The notes under the pieces are model-generated. The model made no database searches. It was not told the DNA's origin and was given only the letters and a program-made list of their open reading frames with translations. From Balanoglossus misakiensis (Eukaryota > Animalia > Hemichordata), in NCBI GenBank assembly GCA_040954595.2, contig CM082581.2:682001-746000 (forward strand): 64,000 nt of DNA, read 5' to 3'. Shown piece by piece: positions 48,301 to 62,594 of the stretch; the first letter of the stretch is position 1; the number at the start of each line of letters is the position of its first letter. The position numbers were made by a program, and so were the translations under genes.

Positions 48301-51300
48301 AATTCAGTTGCCATAACTTGCGCTTCACATAGCGCATACATGTAGGTCTAATCAATTTGGCAACTGGGTCTTACAATATTATCTGATGCCTCTTACTGGC
48401 CGAAGGACCACAAGTTGCATTTTCACATCGCATATAAATAGAAAACCCATTAATTTCTACTGTATGATTTTATTGACGATTCAATAGTTTCATGACTGTT
48501 AGTGTTAATTACAATACCTAAATTTCCAAATGAAAGCATGCTGTCAGTTTTCATGTGATTGATATTAATTTTACAATTTCAAAATATGCTTAGCTCTGAA
48601 TGATTATGAACATATCAAACTTCATGTTAAATAAACTGTCTTGATATTGTATACATTAAGGCCTACTACCAGTGTCACAACATTGATTTCCTGCATTTTT
48701 ACTCATGCCTTCTGACCAGTCAGTTACCTCTGTATGTGTGTATGTAGTATGTATGGATGTATGTATGTCTGTCCACATCAAAAACTTGAAAACCCCTTCG
48801 CGTATCCCCTTGATGTTTGGTGTGTAGATGCAGGCCAGCCTGTAAATAGGATTTTGTTCATATTAAGAAGGTTGAAGTATTTTCATGATAGGTTTTATTT
48901 GATTACTCCAGAAACATACAATACAGAGTCTGTGTGGTAAGTCTTGATATTGGGTTTTTAGATGCAGGCACGCCTGTTCAAATGAAATATGCTAATTACC
49001 TGGAGCAATGTGAAATTGATCAAAACTCAGAAACTCAACAACTGGTCAGATTGCTTTGAACATTTGTATGCATGTAGCTTATGTCACGCCTGATATACTT
49101 TCAGCTAATATCGTGAATTGTATCTAGAATTTAGTATGCTATTTCCTATAGGTAATCTTTGTTAGTATTGTTTAAATTGTGGCAAAATTTGTAATTTTTG
49201 GGAAATATAATTTTGTCATTTTTGGTCAAAAATCATTTTCTCTGAAACTCCATGTCAGGTCAGGTTGCATTTAAATTTTGGTTTGCTTGTTCCATGAGGT
49301 AACCCAAGTAATGTTGTATATCATTTTGGTGAAATTTGCATATTTGTGGTCTTGAGGCAATTTTTGCAATTTGTATTCTTTGAAACCGCATGTCAGATTG
49401 CTTTCAATTTTGGTAGGCATGTTCCTTGTGGTGATTGAAGTGAGATATTGTTGGATTTGTTGATATCTGAATTTTTGTGGTTGAGGCAGTTTTTGTCATT
49501 GTTGAAGAAATGTTGTTTTCACTGAAAATACTCCGATTCCTGTGAAATTGTATTAGGTTACCTGGTAGGTCATATCTGCTTGGCAATGTCACAGCGGTGT
49601 ACACACCTATTTTTGTGTAATCCAAAGTGTGTAATAACCTAGCAAATATTTACTAGTAAATCATGTATGTTCTACTTCTTACAAGGTTGAAGTATGTTGA
49701 TGTCTGGGTTAAATGGGATTCTTCAGAAACATACAATACAGAGTCTGTGGTACAGTTCATGGTCACATTCGATTACCTAGTCTATATCCAGCCGTGTTCT
49801 GTCCGCTTTGCTTCCAAAAGTATCGTCTAGTGTCATGCATGCCACTTGCCCAATAATCTGACACCCCTTGCTGGGAAATTTGATGTAACAAGTGTCCCTT
49901 AGTGAAGTTATTAACATAAACTGAACAATGTTGATTTGGCGTAAGATTATAGTGAAGGCAGGGCTTATTACATTGAAAATGCTATCCAGCCTTAATTACA
50001 CATTATGAATATCCTTTGTCCAATCATTGGAAAAACAATGTACCATAGACTTGCATAGCACTTTGAAGGTGAATCGCAAGTGGTCACTTTAATTACATTA
50101 CCTCAAGCAGTCTTTTACATGTAGCTATAATAAGACAAACATTCCCGGTGTAATTAACATCACTAGTCTGTTGTTATTAGTATCTATCTCCGATAAGTAT
50201 CAAGTCTGCCTTATGTTATTTTAAGTCAATTGTCAGGTTCATGTACATATTTTACAACTTATCTATCTTGTCAAAAACTTTCGCATGTACCTAATTCTAG
50301 GCTTACCAGTAGGGTTATAGATACAGTGTATTATATTAACATGCATTAATATGAAACTAAATGTTGATGGTTAATTAAAGACCCCCTTGAGCTATGGTAA
50401 CCTCATTAAATATGTGCATATGTTATTCTAGTGGATGTGGTAACCTGGACATGGACAACTCTGGGGTCAAAATCTTTTGACAAACTTTTGGGTGATCTTG
50501 GGTAAACTTTGACCTACATTCCTATATCTTGGCATCCGGCACAGATACATCCTTGACACTTGGAGTGATGGAACTATGTAATGGAATATTATGTCTTGCC
50601 TCATTAATTATGTACATACCTAATGCCAGCCTAACCAATAGGGCTGGAAGTCTGCCTTTTTTGGACATGATAAATTTGAGATCAACATTTTTCTACAGCA
50701 GCCAGCCTTCTCTTAAAAAGAATGGACAATATAAAGGCTTTGCTGGTATACTGAACTTTTGACTCCCTCCCTGAGACTGTGTGCCAATGACGGGATAGCC
50801 TACTCAGCGTTGGGTAGATCCTAAGAAGGCCTCAGCCAGGCATCAGATACAAAAAGCGGAAATCCAAGCTTTAATGGTGGGTTACATCGTTAACTTCCCT
50901 GCAGAGCTGATTTCTCAGACTGTGAGCCAATGACGGGTAAAGCCCCTAGGTAGGGGCCACCTAAGACAGGCCGGTCATGCTTTAGTCACAAAGAAGGGCA
51001 AGTTCAGTCATACCATAACTTTGTCTGCTGTATATGCTTCATAATGATTGCATGGTATTTTGAGAATACATTGTCTTAAGGCAGTGTGACCAGCTAAAAA
51101 GTACTGGCAAACACAGCCAATGTGTAATAAAAAACATCTCATGTGGCTAAATAAAAGACATAAAACACAGCAAAAGCACTGTGACTAGCTGAGACATAAT
51201 ACTCCATTATGCATTTCCATCACTCCAAGTGTCAAGGTTGCATCTGCTCTGGATGCCAAGATATAGTAATGTTGGTCAAGGTTTACCCAAAGTCACCCAA

Positions 51301-52253
51301 AGTTCTGTCAAACAATTTTGACCCCAATGTTGTCCATGTTTAGGTTTCTCCCTCCACTGGATAGCCTACAATTAGATATGCAAATATTTAATGACGTTAC
51401 CATAGATTAAGGCGGTCCTAAATAACCATGAAATTATAGTTTCATGTTAATTCTTGTTATTACAAAACACTGTATCTATAACCCTTCTGGAAGCCATACT
51501 TTGTTTCATGCTACCCAATATGTGAAAGTAGGTAAAAAATCAGCCAAGGTTATTTGAAAATTTGCTGAAAAAAATCCGGTCCCTGACATTTGGTAAAGGG
51601 GTCAAGACACTTGGCAACAAATTTTTGTCCCAGATTAGAACATATTCATAAAAAACTCAGGGAAAGAAGGAAGTTTTTCACAGCTTTGGTGCTTCAAATA
51701 GTAGAGAGGTTCCCAAGTTATTTCAATGAAACCTTAATGTCAACATTACATTGTTAGACTCGAACTCATCTGGCATAAAGCTGCTAGTTAAAGCCCTAAG
51801 GGTTGTGCCACTTTTTCATTATTTTCATCTAAGATTTGTCAATCTAAATAAGCTTACTGCTAGGTATACATCTACATGAACATCTTGTTGACAGACGATT
51901 GTGGCTGTAATTTAAAGAAGTCAGATATTTAACAGGTACCACACCTGTTTAATCTGCCTCTATACAAAGGGTACACATCTCTGGTGGTATGCATCACCTA
52001 GATATGACAAACATAAGCACTACAAGTAATATGGCTTTATGGTGGCGATTTTGAAGGATGTGGAGAAGATTTGAAAAACACTCTTGAGGAAAAAGATGTG
52101 TTAAATCTTTGAAATGTGTTTTATTCTTTGGTTCCCATTTCGTATATGTCTATCTACCACTGGGACCAATGTGAAATTGGTGGAAACTGGTCAAATTGCT
52201 TTAGAAATTGGTGTGTATTCATTTTGAGACCTCATGGATTTTTTTTCATTTTT

Positions 52254-54605
52254 AGCTCACGTGAAAATCACGTGAGCTTATGGTTTAGCGATGTCTGTGT
52301 GTGTGTGTGTATGTATGTATGTGTGTGTGTGTGTCTGTCTGTATACCCGATATCTCAAGAACCGCTGAACCGATTTCAACCAAATTTAGTACACAGGTTC
52401 AGATATCATATGGCAAGAACTGAAAAGGTTTTGGTGGGTGTGGCTTTGATATTAATGAAGTTATTTAAGTTTTAATTTTTCTATTACATGGTTGTCTATG
52501 TGAGCTTTCGTTAATGTCGCATATATGACCAGTGGAAACGATAGTTTGAGGAGATCGACTGTTTGAGGGCGCTGTGAAATGAGACATTCCTGGCGATATT
52601 GCCGTTGTTCTGTCCATGCTCAGACGATGTACCCGTCGTTACGAATAACTTCCCTACGTGAATCCAAAAGGAAGCTAACGTTGTTTAGTTGCTTCATAGA
52701 GCGTAAATTGTTAATCTACAGGACCGTCAGACGAATACTCTTTTCAAATGAAGTTTGAAACTACTTACGAGTAAGTTAGTGGAGACAATATGGCGGATAG
52801 TTGGCGTGCAGCCGAATCCGCGTTATGACTATGACGTGACCCATTCATCAAGACAAACCGTAAATGATTCACGCATATTGTGGTCCTCACGCAGTCAATC
52901 TCAAAATGTCACCAGGCTTTCTATTTGTCTATTGTTCAGAGAAAAACAACGTGGCGGTTGATCACACTCAACAGTTAAATCCGTTTTGTGAGTTTATAGA
53001 CAGTCTGTTATCGCCAATACTATATAGCGATTGCTAGATGGCTTACCCAATATGTGATCGAGCGAGAATGATAACATTGAATGTCTGTTCAGATCTCATT
53101 CCGTACGTCATACGTCAACATTTCGATTTCGATTTAATCCATTCATAAAGAATTTAGAGAAAGTCGTCTTGAATTGTGACCCCGACTATCAATTTTACGA
53201 TGATTTTTTGGCGACGGAATACACGAGACGCCATTGCATAACTACGTCAGCTGGACTTCCAAGGTTACCATTTTGTGTGTATGGAATCTTATCGCAGAGA
53301 CTACGTACTTTGACAATATGCCATGCTATATCAATGACGCCCCAGAAAATTTGTCGAAGAATGAATTTGTCTTCTCATGGTGGTGCAATATATTTTAATG
53401 TCTATTTTGAGGTTGATTTTGGTTTTTGGCTAACATGTATATCAATGTCAGCTTATAGCATAAGTTGGTGTCCGTCGTCTATGTATGTCTGTATGTGTGC
53501 CTCATACAGAATTATGTATTTTGCGAATGGATCAGTTTCGTCTAAATGTATTGATGTATGTATGTGTATGTCCATCAACATCAAAAACTTGAAACTACTG
53601 ATATTTAGTGTGTACATAGAAATTGTTATTGCGAAAAAATGCATACTGGTATTAATAACTCGAAAAATGTTCAAATAGTCAAAATTGAAAAACTTAATAA
53701 CAGCGGATCAGATTCAGTTAAAAATTGGCGTGCATTGGTGTGCAAGTACTATGGGAAGACCTCGTATGATTTTGTTCAGGTGGAGTCAGTATCTGGCGTT
53801 TGCTATTTTTTATGAATTTTTTGGGAGAATTTTCTGTAGTTTTGTTAAAAAAATTTCTTCTCTGAAATTACATGTCCAATTGATTGGAAACTTGGTATGG
53901 AGGTTCATAGGGCTTACCTGAATCACATTTGTGCAAACGGTGGTGAAATTTGCAAAAATGCATTTTTGGGCAATATTTCCTGTTTTTGTCAAAAAATCAA
54001 ATCCTGTGAAACTGTAAGTGCAATTGTTTTGATACTTTGTATTTGGGTTTCTAGGGGTGATCTCAGTCAGATATGATCAAATTGTAAAGAAATTTGCCTA
54101 ACTGTATTTTTTGGGAATTCTGCAGGGTTTGGCCAAATAGTCTTCAGTAAAACCACAAGTCCAATTGATTGGAAACTTTGAATGGGAATTCATATATGTG
54201 ATATCAGTCAGATTTGTCTGAATTACCTGTTGTTTGCCAAAATGTCTTCCTTATTGAAACTTGTTAAAGAGGTTCTTAGGCATGAACAGAAATCAGATTT
54301 GTTGAAATCTGGTGAAATATTCATACTTTTTGGTATATTTCTTGCCATTTTTGATCAACGAGTTTTAGAATTCCATAGACTTATCTTTTTATGCAGTTCA
54401 GGATGGGGTACATGACTCATAACCCCTTACAAAAATTGACAAGGCAACAATTCCACAAACATGTTTACATTTCACAATGGTGCAACACACAACCCTTACA
54501 CCATATACACTATAAACCAAATTGGTTTAACACTGGTTTTTCTAATCTTGTTATTCTGTCAACCAATCACAGTACTGCACGTGAGCATATTCAGTTAATA
54601 TCTGG
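52254..54605 (+). mobile_element. HINE/DINE-1-like element
   Basis: 5' TTTTTAGCTCACGTGAAAATCACGTGAGCT hairpin, (TG)/(TATG) microsatellite, 3' subTIR CACGTGAGC. Inserted in a T-run that is empty in the left arm (~32762). Confidence 0.72.
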
Positions 54606-56240
54606 TTTGAAGTATATTTTTGGGGTGATTTTGGTCAAATACTCAAAAACCTCTACTCACAGTTCTTTGAAATTTGGTTTGCAGGTTCCTAGGTGTGTTA
54701 TCACGACATTTTAACAAATCCTATGATGGAAGTGTCAATATAGTTTTTGTGGACAATTTTTGCCATTTTTGTTTGATTGCTTTGCAATTTTTTGTTTTGC
54801 AGTTTCCAGGGGATTTTTTTACTGTGATATATCATAAATGTTCTGAAAATGAAAAAATTGTATTTTGGGGGCATAAAAAAAATTCTCAGAAAGTGCATGG
54901 TTGATCACTTTAAAAGTTTAGTTGTGAGTTAATGATATGTGCTTCTTTAGAATGATAATTGAATCAAATCATAGCTGAATTAGTTTTTTTGTTTATTTTG
55001 TTAGATATTTTTTCCGTATACCTCAAAAATTGTTATTATAAAAGAGAAATTACCATTACATAGTAGTTTGCAATTAAGGAGGACCCCCTCCCCCACTGAA
55101 AATCGTATACACCTTGATCTCTCTATGTCTGTATTCATGTCTGTATGTATGTTTTACAAATGTATGCTCCCAATAAGAGTGAAATGATTTTTTTTATCGT
55201 AATACTTCTAAAGTGATTATTTCCTATGAGATATGCAGTCTTATTACCTAATCGTTTCTAAAATTCTACCTCATGCTGTGTATGAAAAGTCTAATATATG
55301 TCATTGTCAAGATCCCCAAAACAGGCTGATATAGTATCACATAACATTTGATAAAAGTATCCCAAACAGTTTGGCCATGTCTTCATAACACAAAATGTGA
55401 GTGATATACTACTTGAATATTTTTGTCATGTTTTCCACTATAATAGTACTGTTTCTGTAGATATCAGATGTTTTATGTTATTTAAATAACCGTGATAGAC
55501 AACACATTTTAATGTAAGCCATCATGTGCAAATGTGATAGCCATGGCCGTGTAAGATACACTCCCCAATTTCACGAAATTCACACATGTGCTTTACCATT
55601 GTTATGCTATGTGTTGAACTGGCACACTGCAAATTTTGAAACTATGATATTGATCACAATCACACGCACACTCACAGCATCCTTTTTTGGAATAGAGGTA
55701 CTAACACTATCAATTATTATTATACTTTTGAATCCCCAATAAAGAATATATAGAATTTAACAGGATTTATATTTGCACGCAAAGTATAAAATTCCCTTGT
55801 GCCGTAGAAATGAAAATCTGCAACTGGTGGTCCTTCTGCCAGTAAGAAGCATCAGAAAAATTCTGCATGCTCATCGTCCAGACAATTTTGGTATACAGAA
55901 AAAAAACACTAGAATGACAACAGCTACATGTATGTAGGCTAGCAATAGGAACACAGATAACAATTCTCCATATTCATTTTTAAATACGATAAGATTCGCT
56001 GAAATTGGCACATCTGTGTGCAGGCAAAGTCAGTTCCAACTCGGCTTGCAAATCGGACCAATGTCTCTTGTTCGCTGAGACTGTATGGTTCTAGTAATAG
56101 CTGTAAGAACTTGATCATTGACCAAACTCTTGGTTCAATTTTGCAACATTTTATGATTTCAAGCTGTACATATTTAACTCCGTTTCAACTATGGTTGGAG
56201 GGATAATAATGGAGCCATTTCACTGACAAAATAGCGCTTA

Positions 56241-57064
56241 GGGACCATTCAGTTTTTACGGTGGGGGGAGGCTGGCAAAATCCAGGGGGTCACTTAAATT
56301 TTGAAATCCAAAAGAGGGAGTCATCTTTTTTTCAAACGTTTAGGGGGGAGGTCATATACATGTACCCACCGATGCTAACTTTGAGTGGAGTGGCAACAGT
56401 AAAATTGGTCCTTTCAAACATTGAGATAATTTGCTTTTGACTTCATTAAAATGTAACTTTGAGCTACATATTTTACAAAGTTTTCTTATGTGGAAGGGGG
56501 ACATCCCCTCCCACACCCATCCCCTTATTTCTTCGCCACATATAGTGTACCAGGGCAGAATACTTGCCATCCCACCCCCACTGATGTTAACTTTGAGTGG
56601 CAAAAGTCAAATTTGTCCTCCCCAACATTAAGTTAATTTGCCTATGAGTTCATTAAAATGCATTAATTGTATTTTACAAAATTGTCCTACGTACACCCAC
56701 CCCTTCCACTTTTCTTGTTTTACCAATTCTACCAACTATTGTATTGACGTGTCCTTTTAATTTATCCATAGACTTCTTTATTGCAACGCTATACTATTAT
56801 ACACTTCAAATTATAAATTTCTTTAAGAAATTTAGAATTGAGGTGTGAGGAGACCCTTTACCTTTATTGCATACAGTCAGTGTACATAAGATAAGGATGG
56901 CGAATGTTTTCAGGGTGGGAGGAGGGTCATCATATTTTGGTCCTGTCAAAGGGGGGGGGGTCATCATTTTTTTGGTCCTGGTTGAAGGGGGTGTCGGCCT
57001 GATTTTGAAAACCAATGACACAAACTTTTGCCCCCCCCCCCCTCCACCAAAACTGAACAGTCCC
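56241..57064. mobile_element. PIF/Harbinger-like MITE
   Basis: TTA|GGGACCATTCAGTTTT...AAAACTGAACAGTCCC|TTA. Splits a repeat that is uninterrupted in three other copies. Confidence 0.75.
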
Positions 57065-59849
57065 TTACTAAAGGACGTCAATGTCTGTTTACAGTCAAAT
57101 GCATTGCCATCAGAAAAAAAATGCAAACAATTTCTTATGTTTGTAGTACACACTTTTTGTATATCTGTAAACTGTGTCTCAGCTGTGAAATTCTAAGGAA
57201 ATTTGTTCCTTGGGTAGAATAAAGGATTCTTAAACAAACTTAGTCACGAAAGCTAAATGGTTACCTCAGAGAAACTGTGTTAAATTTGGTCATCATTGTT
57301 TTAAATCACACAAGACATTCCCACAGCTAAGTTACTGCAGCAGTCAGTTTCAACTCAGCTTGCAAATTGGGATCATGTCTTGTGTTCATCGAGACTGTCT
57401 GTAGTCGAGTTGACAGTCACTACAACTGTATTGCAAATATGGCAGGGTTGGGCAACTCTTCTAATTTGCATTTGAACACCTTTTCTGTTTGCGTCAAAAT
57501 GATGAATAATGTTTCGTTTTCAAGAATGCCTTAATATGGGCACCCAATACAAGACAACTGCATTGCAAATGGCATTTTCATTCAACTCTCCTGGGTACCT
57601 AAAACAATTTCAACATGGTTGACATGGCAATATTAGACAACTGTTCTAATTTGCATAATCCAAAATGGCCGCCAAATTTCTCTAACATGTTAATTTCCCA
57701 TATTTGTTTTAAATGGTGTGTAATATCGAATTTGCAGGGTTTCCATTAATATGGGTACCTAAAACAATTTCAACATGGTTGACATGGCAATATTAGACAA
57801 CTGCTCTAATTTGCATAATTCAAACACCTGCTGGATAATTTGACTTTTGCCATTCTTGTCCCATGATTGTATGTATTATATCTCATAACAGGCAATTAAG
57901 TGTGCTAATTGTCAAGCCAATCTTAATTCTTCATCTGCACCACAAATCAGATGCAAGGTTTAGGACTGGGAGTGTATGTGGGAGCAGCATATAGGGGCCT
58001 ACAGGTATCTTTAATGGCAAGTCCTCGGTTAAAGCCAGAAGGTTTTCAGGTTGTAGGCCTCTATTGTATCTGCAACAGTTTCTATCACCTCCATCCCACT
58101 GGCCGGCACCCGAGGGGGGGGGGGTACTTGAAATTTTTTCGGATGGTAGTCTGTCGCCCCAGTCGATAACATCAACACATGTAAATGCCCAAAACCCGAC
58201 CTATTTGTATTATAAGTCAAATTTTCTGGTTATTTACCCCAAGTTTTTCTTAAAGACTACATACCTATACACCTTTGTATGGGAGAACACATCCCCCACC
58301 CCCCTGCCAACACTAATTGGACAACTTTATTCTTGTTATACTTCTTTATAAGTCTAAATGTTCAGTAAGAAAAGGCAACAAGTTATTGAAGCTGCTGACC
58401 ATGGAAACTATGATGAAGTATATTTTTTTCCTAGCTGTACATGTACAGTATAATTGGCCCAATGTACCAATTGGAGATGTGTGCCTTACAAGCAACACAG
58501 GTTGTATATCCAAGCCTTGTCTGTTGGCACTATGAAGGGTATTGGAAGAATGTCTCTGCTGGCCACTTTGGCCAGCCACTTTTGGCCAGCAGACTATCAA
58601 AAGGGTCAAGAAAATAGCCCTAAAAGGTATGGCGCTGTATGCAAATCTAGTGCAGGAGTGGATTGATACATTTCCCATCACTGTACATGCATCATCCTGT
58701 ATGGATGATATGTACTCTAGCATTATGCACCAGATAAAAATGGTCAAAATTGTAAAAAAAGGAGATGAAACTCCCACTGGCCTTTAACGCAATCCATAGA
58801 TAAAGAGACAACATGTTCAGGCATTGGATCTAAACATGGTGGATACTGACGAGGGTGTGGTGAATGATGGTGAATCCCTGGATGTTTTGAGGTCGGAATT
58901 CTGAAAAGGATTCCCATCGTGAGATTGAGGAACAGGATGATGCAGAGGGGCTGGCTCTTTGTGACTCCTATCAGTGGGGATAGACATATATTTGGGATAC
59001 AGAGGTTGCACTTCCTTGCTTCATGATTAGTACGGTAACACTGCCAAATTTGCAACACAGTTGTATTGTTAAAGGTACCCATATGAATGTGCTAATCCTG
59101 AAAATACGATATTGCGCATCATTTTGGGAAACATGGCAAAATTTCACTTTTAGTGGTGATTGGCGGCCATTTTTGATTATGCAAAATAGAAAAGTTGCCA
59201 AACACTGCCATATTTGCAATACATAACCAATATGGATGCAAATCCTGAAATTTTAGATATTACACATAATTTTGAGAAAAAAGGGCCAAGTTTTATTTTA
59301 GAGAAGGTATTTGGCGGCCATTTTTGATCATGCATATTAGAAGAATTGTCCAACATTGCCATTTTGGCAACTCAGCTGGAATAGGTCTAGGCTCCCATAT
59401 GAATGCCAATAAGCAAAAAACTTCATAGGAAAGAAAATTTCTTGGTAGGAAAATTTTGACTCAACTTCTGGTTCTAATAATAGGTGTAAGGATGTGATCG
59501 TTTGATTTTGCAACATTTTACAATTTCAAGCTGTGTGTATTTAACTCTGGTGCAATTCTGGTTGGAGAGACAAATGGCTTAAGCCATTTAATTGAAAATA
59601 TAGCACAACTTCACCAGGGTTGTGCAGTACCTTTGACAACGCTTTGAACAATGTTGCAAAAAGCTTTGTGTTGAAGCTTGCTACAAGACTTGGCGTGCTG
59701 AAGCCTCTTATACTAGTCTTAGTTGAACCTCAGCTGTAACTACGTTTGTGAAACCTTAACATTCAAATCTTTGGCCTAAGTTAGGGTTGCAAAGCTTCTT
59801 CAAAGTTTTGTGAACCTCAACAATGCTTTTCTATAGAAACCTTTAAACA

Positions 59850-61275
59850 TGCGGGGGGGGGGGACACCAACATCGTAGTCAGTGAGGTCATCTATGGTGG
59901 TGGGCGCGTCTTCCACTCGGCACTCCTCCGCGCACGCTTGGGGGATAAAAAATGCATCAAAACCCCCTGGCGCGTCCTCGCTCCCCCTGCGTCGATGGAT
60001 TCTGTGCGACTGCTTCCGCCCCCGTCCTCTCTGGTTGCTGTGTCCGGATTGATGATGTTTTCCGGTGAGGTCGGATTTCCCGGAATTCTTCCTGTCGTGA
60101 TTGGGATACCCACCTCAGCAGTATGCTAAGGACACGCCAGTGGATGAGAATCGCTGGTGTGGTGGGGGAGCTCAGTCGGAACATGTTCGGCACCTCCCAC
60201 CCCTGGAAGACGCACAGGCGCTTCATCATCACCATGGACTCCGGTGAACAAAAGGATTCCGTAGGGATCCGTCCAGGTCCGCCCCTGCAGATATAGAAGT
60301 CTAGCAGGTCGGGTATTTCATTTCCTGGACCACACAGCCAGTATAGGTGAGTTTCTCTAACGCCTCCACCGCGTCCCGCTCGCGGAATACTACCGGCTTC
60401 TCAGTAAAAATAACTGGAAGGTGGCACTGAAAGGCGTGTTTCTTCAGTTTGCGCGTGGACCTCCGGCCTCCCGGGAACGGACATGGAGAAGGGCCTGATG
60501 AGTAATGTGGAACAGAGGATAGGGGGCTCCTTCGGGCCGGCCTGGCGCTCCTCCAGCGGCGTTCGTCTTCTTTGGGTGGTTCCGGCGTCGGATACCGGAT
60601 CGGTGATCGACGTCTGGGGCTGAGATCTCCCCAGCGTGAAAAGGATGGTCGTTCACGGGAAGGTGGGCGGTCCCGCCTTTCCTCTCGAGAACGCTCCGGT
60701 CGCGGCGACCGGGTTGGGGATCTAGACCTAGTATGGCTGCCGGGGTGGCGTCGAAGTTCCCAGGGGATTAGATATTCCCCCGCCTCCAACGTCGCTTCCA
60801 GCTCCAATGGGTTGATCAGTGACTGCAGCGGCAGCATTTCTTGGCGTGGGGGTGATGGCTCCTGCAGCAGCCGTTGGTTTCCCCCGTCTCTCGCTACTGC
60901 TATTGGGGGTGATACACGGGTGCGGGGTGGGTCTGGCCCTTCCAACACCTCCATCGCCTGGTCCTTGTCGCCACCGAGTACCTGTTTTTCCAGCTGCGGA
61001 TCCCAGAAGATGCTCAAAGTTTCCTCCAGGTCGTCAGCTGCGGTGGTGGTTCTTGTGGGCTCTTGCGGGGAGATATGGCCAACGAATCCCCCACGTACGC
61101 GGCCTGGATTGAACTCCCGAGGTAGTGTGCAGGTTTTTATGGCTGCGTCGGATGGTACGGGCAGGTTGGCTTCGGTCTTTTCCTTCCCGTATACATGCAT
61201 GGCCTCCTCCCGTACCGTGGACATCCATCCTATGTCGCCTAGAACCGTGGCTACTTGACAGTTCTCACGGAGCAT
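59850..61275 (-). pseudogene. GC-rich degenerate coding fragment (Pro/Arg/Ser-rich region followed by conserved-looking motifs), probably mobile-element derived
   Basis: Sharp GC rise. RS/P-rich stretch then KLKKHAFQCHLP and, in shifted frames, GWEVPNMFRL..PTTPAILIHWRVL and GFDA(F/H)F. Truncated at a poly-G/C run. Confidence 0.45.
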
Positions 61276-61299
61276 CAGGAACAGTATTTTATGTCTCAC

Positions 61300-62182
61300 C
61301 TCCACTTCAGTTGTCGCTGTTGTATTTAATGTGGACGATGTTTTATATCTGTTGATAACCAATGGGCCTAGTTTAACTGTGGCACCTACATCCAGTGGCA
61401 GCGCTGTTTTCTCACCCCAAAGGTTGACTTCAGCATCTCTTGTGCCATCAGTTATGGTCAGTTTACGTCTCTTTGTAGAATTCGATGTATGTGTCACTGA
61501 TTCATACTGTAGTGGAAATAAAATGGAAAACATTGAATGTTAATAATTACGAGTAGTAAATGTTGTGGAGAAATAGTGCAAGAGTGGTTGTTTTTTGTCA
61601 GTTGCTTTTTAAAATTTGAACTGCAAAATGGCAGTAATTTTGACCCGAGGTGAGTTGACAAGGCATGGTTGTATCATATAAATGGATTTTCAATGTACGT
61701 GATCGCATGGAGGCTGCCATATTGGATTACATCCGAAGACCTTCCCATTGGGCTTCGGTTGAATTCGGGAAAGGTCTCTAAAATGTAATGGGTCATTCAA
61801 TTTTGTAGAGTAAATTTCTAAAAATGTAGAAGATGGGAGGTTAAGATACCCAAAATGACTACGGCAAAAAAAAAGTCAGGCCCATAAGTTTCGGGGTGCG
61901 ATTATAACGTACCTTTGCTCTATCATAGAGGCAAATGGTATTATCTCTTCCAGTGGAAAAGTTGCGGAGCTGTACGTATTCTCCCTTCTGTAATCTGTTC
62001 AGCCACTTCGGATTTTCTTTCCAGAATTTAAGTTCCAGAACGTTGCCATCCTGCTGCATACAAGGCACGCTAAACAGTTTCCCGTTGGCGGAATTCCGGA
62101 TCTCGACATCCTCCATGAGGCGCAATTTCAGTGCCACGCCTTGGCTGGTTGGGGATGAGGGACCGGGAGCCGGGGATGCCAT
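61300..62182 (-). CDS. Spliced gene for a tandem OB-fold (RPA/SSB-like) protein; exons 62182-61913 and 61506-61300
   Basis: Phase-0 exons with canonical sites (TTTCAG|, AAG|GTACGT, TACAG|, GAG|GTGAGA). LELKFWKE...LQKGEYVQLRNF and KRRKLTITDGTRDAEVNLWGE...VGATV are RPA-type OB strand patterns. The 3' end was not found. Confidence 0.6.
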
Positions 62183-62594
62183 AACGCCGTTAAACCTGAA
62201 ATATAGATTGAGAGTGGGTATTGTTTTACACAATTTTTGAACATTGAAGTAAAGTATTAGAATGATGGAGTCCGATAAAAAAGTGAGTTGGTGATTGCGG
62301 CATCCGACTTCGTTATTAAAAATGGAAAGATTTGCGATTTGAGATTCGGTTACCTTTGCAAGTTTGAAAGGAAATATTTCATTGAAGCACAGTGGCAACT
62401 ACTGGGTTATGGAGAATCTTTGAAATGTTGTTGAACGGAGACTTATTAGAATCAATGAAAACCTACCTTTAACGGCGTTACGGTTACTAAACGTGAGAGA
62501 CCGCTTGTCTCGTTCATCCGATTCTGAGCTCCTAGCTCTTGTGGAGACATGCGGAGGTACAGCGGGTTAACGGTTAGAAAGTGTTGATGAAAGA

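Larger units (their letters stand above)
46816..58500 (-). repeat. Right arm of large inverted duplication, with extra insertions
   Basis: Reverse complement of 29790-38461, interrupted by insertions at 52254-54605 and 56241-57064. Confidence 0.88.

Noticed and set aside
52116-55742. Many 60-170-aa ORFs
   Set aside because: Low-complexity or microsatellite-derived frames inside non-coding repeats.
60572-61258. 228-aa plus-strand ORF
   Set aside because: Antisense shadow of a GC-rich region.
60301-61533. Single 410-aa protein / SR splicing factor
   Set aside because: Reads through a donor site at 61299 into compositionally different DNA; no RRM.
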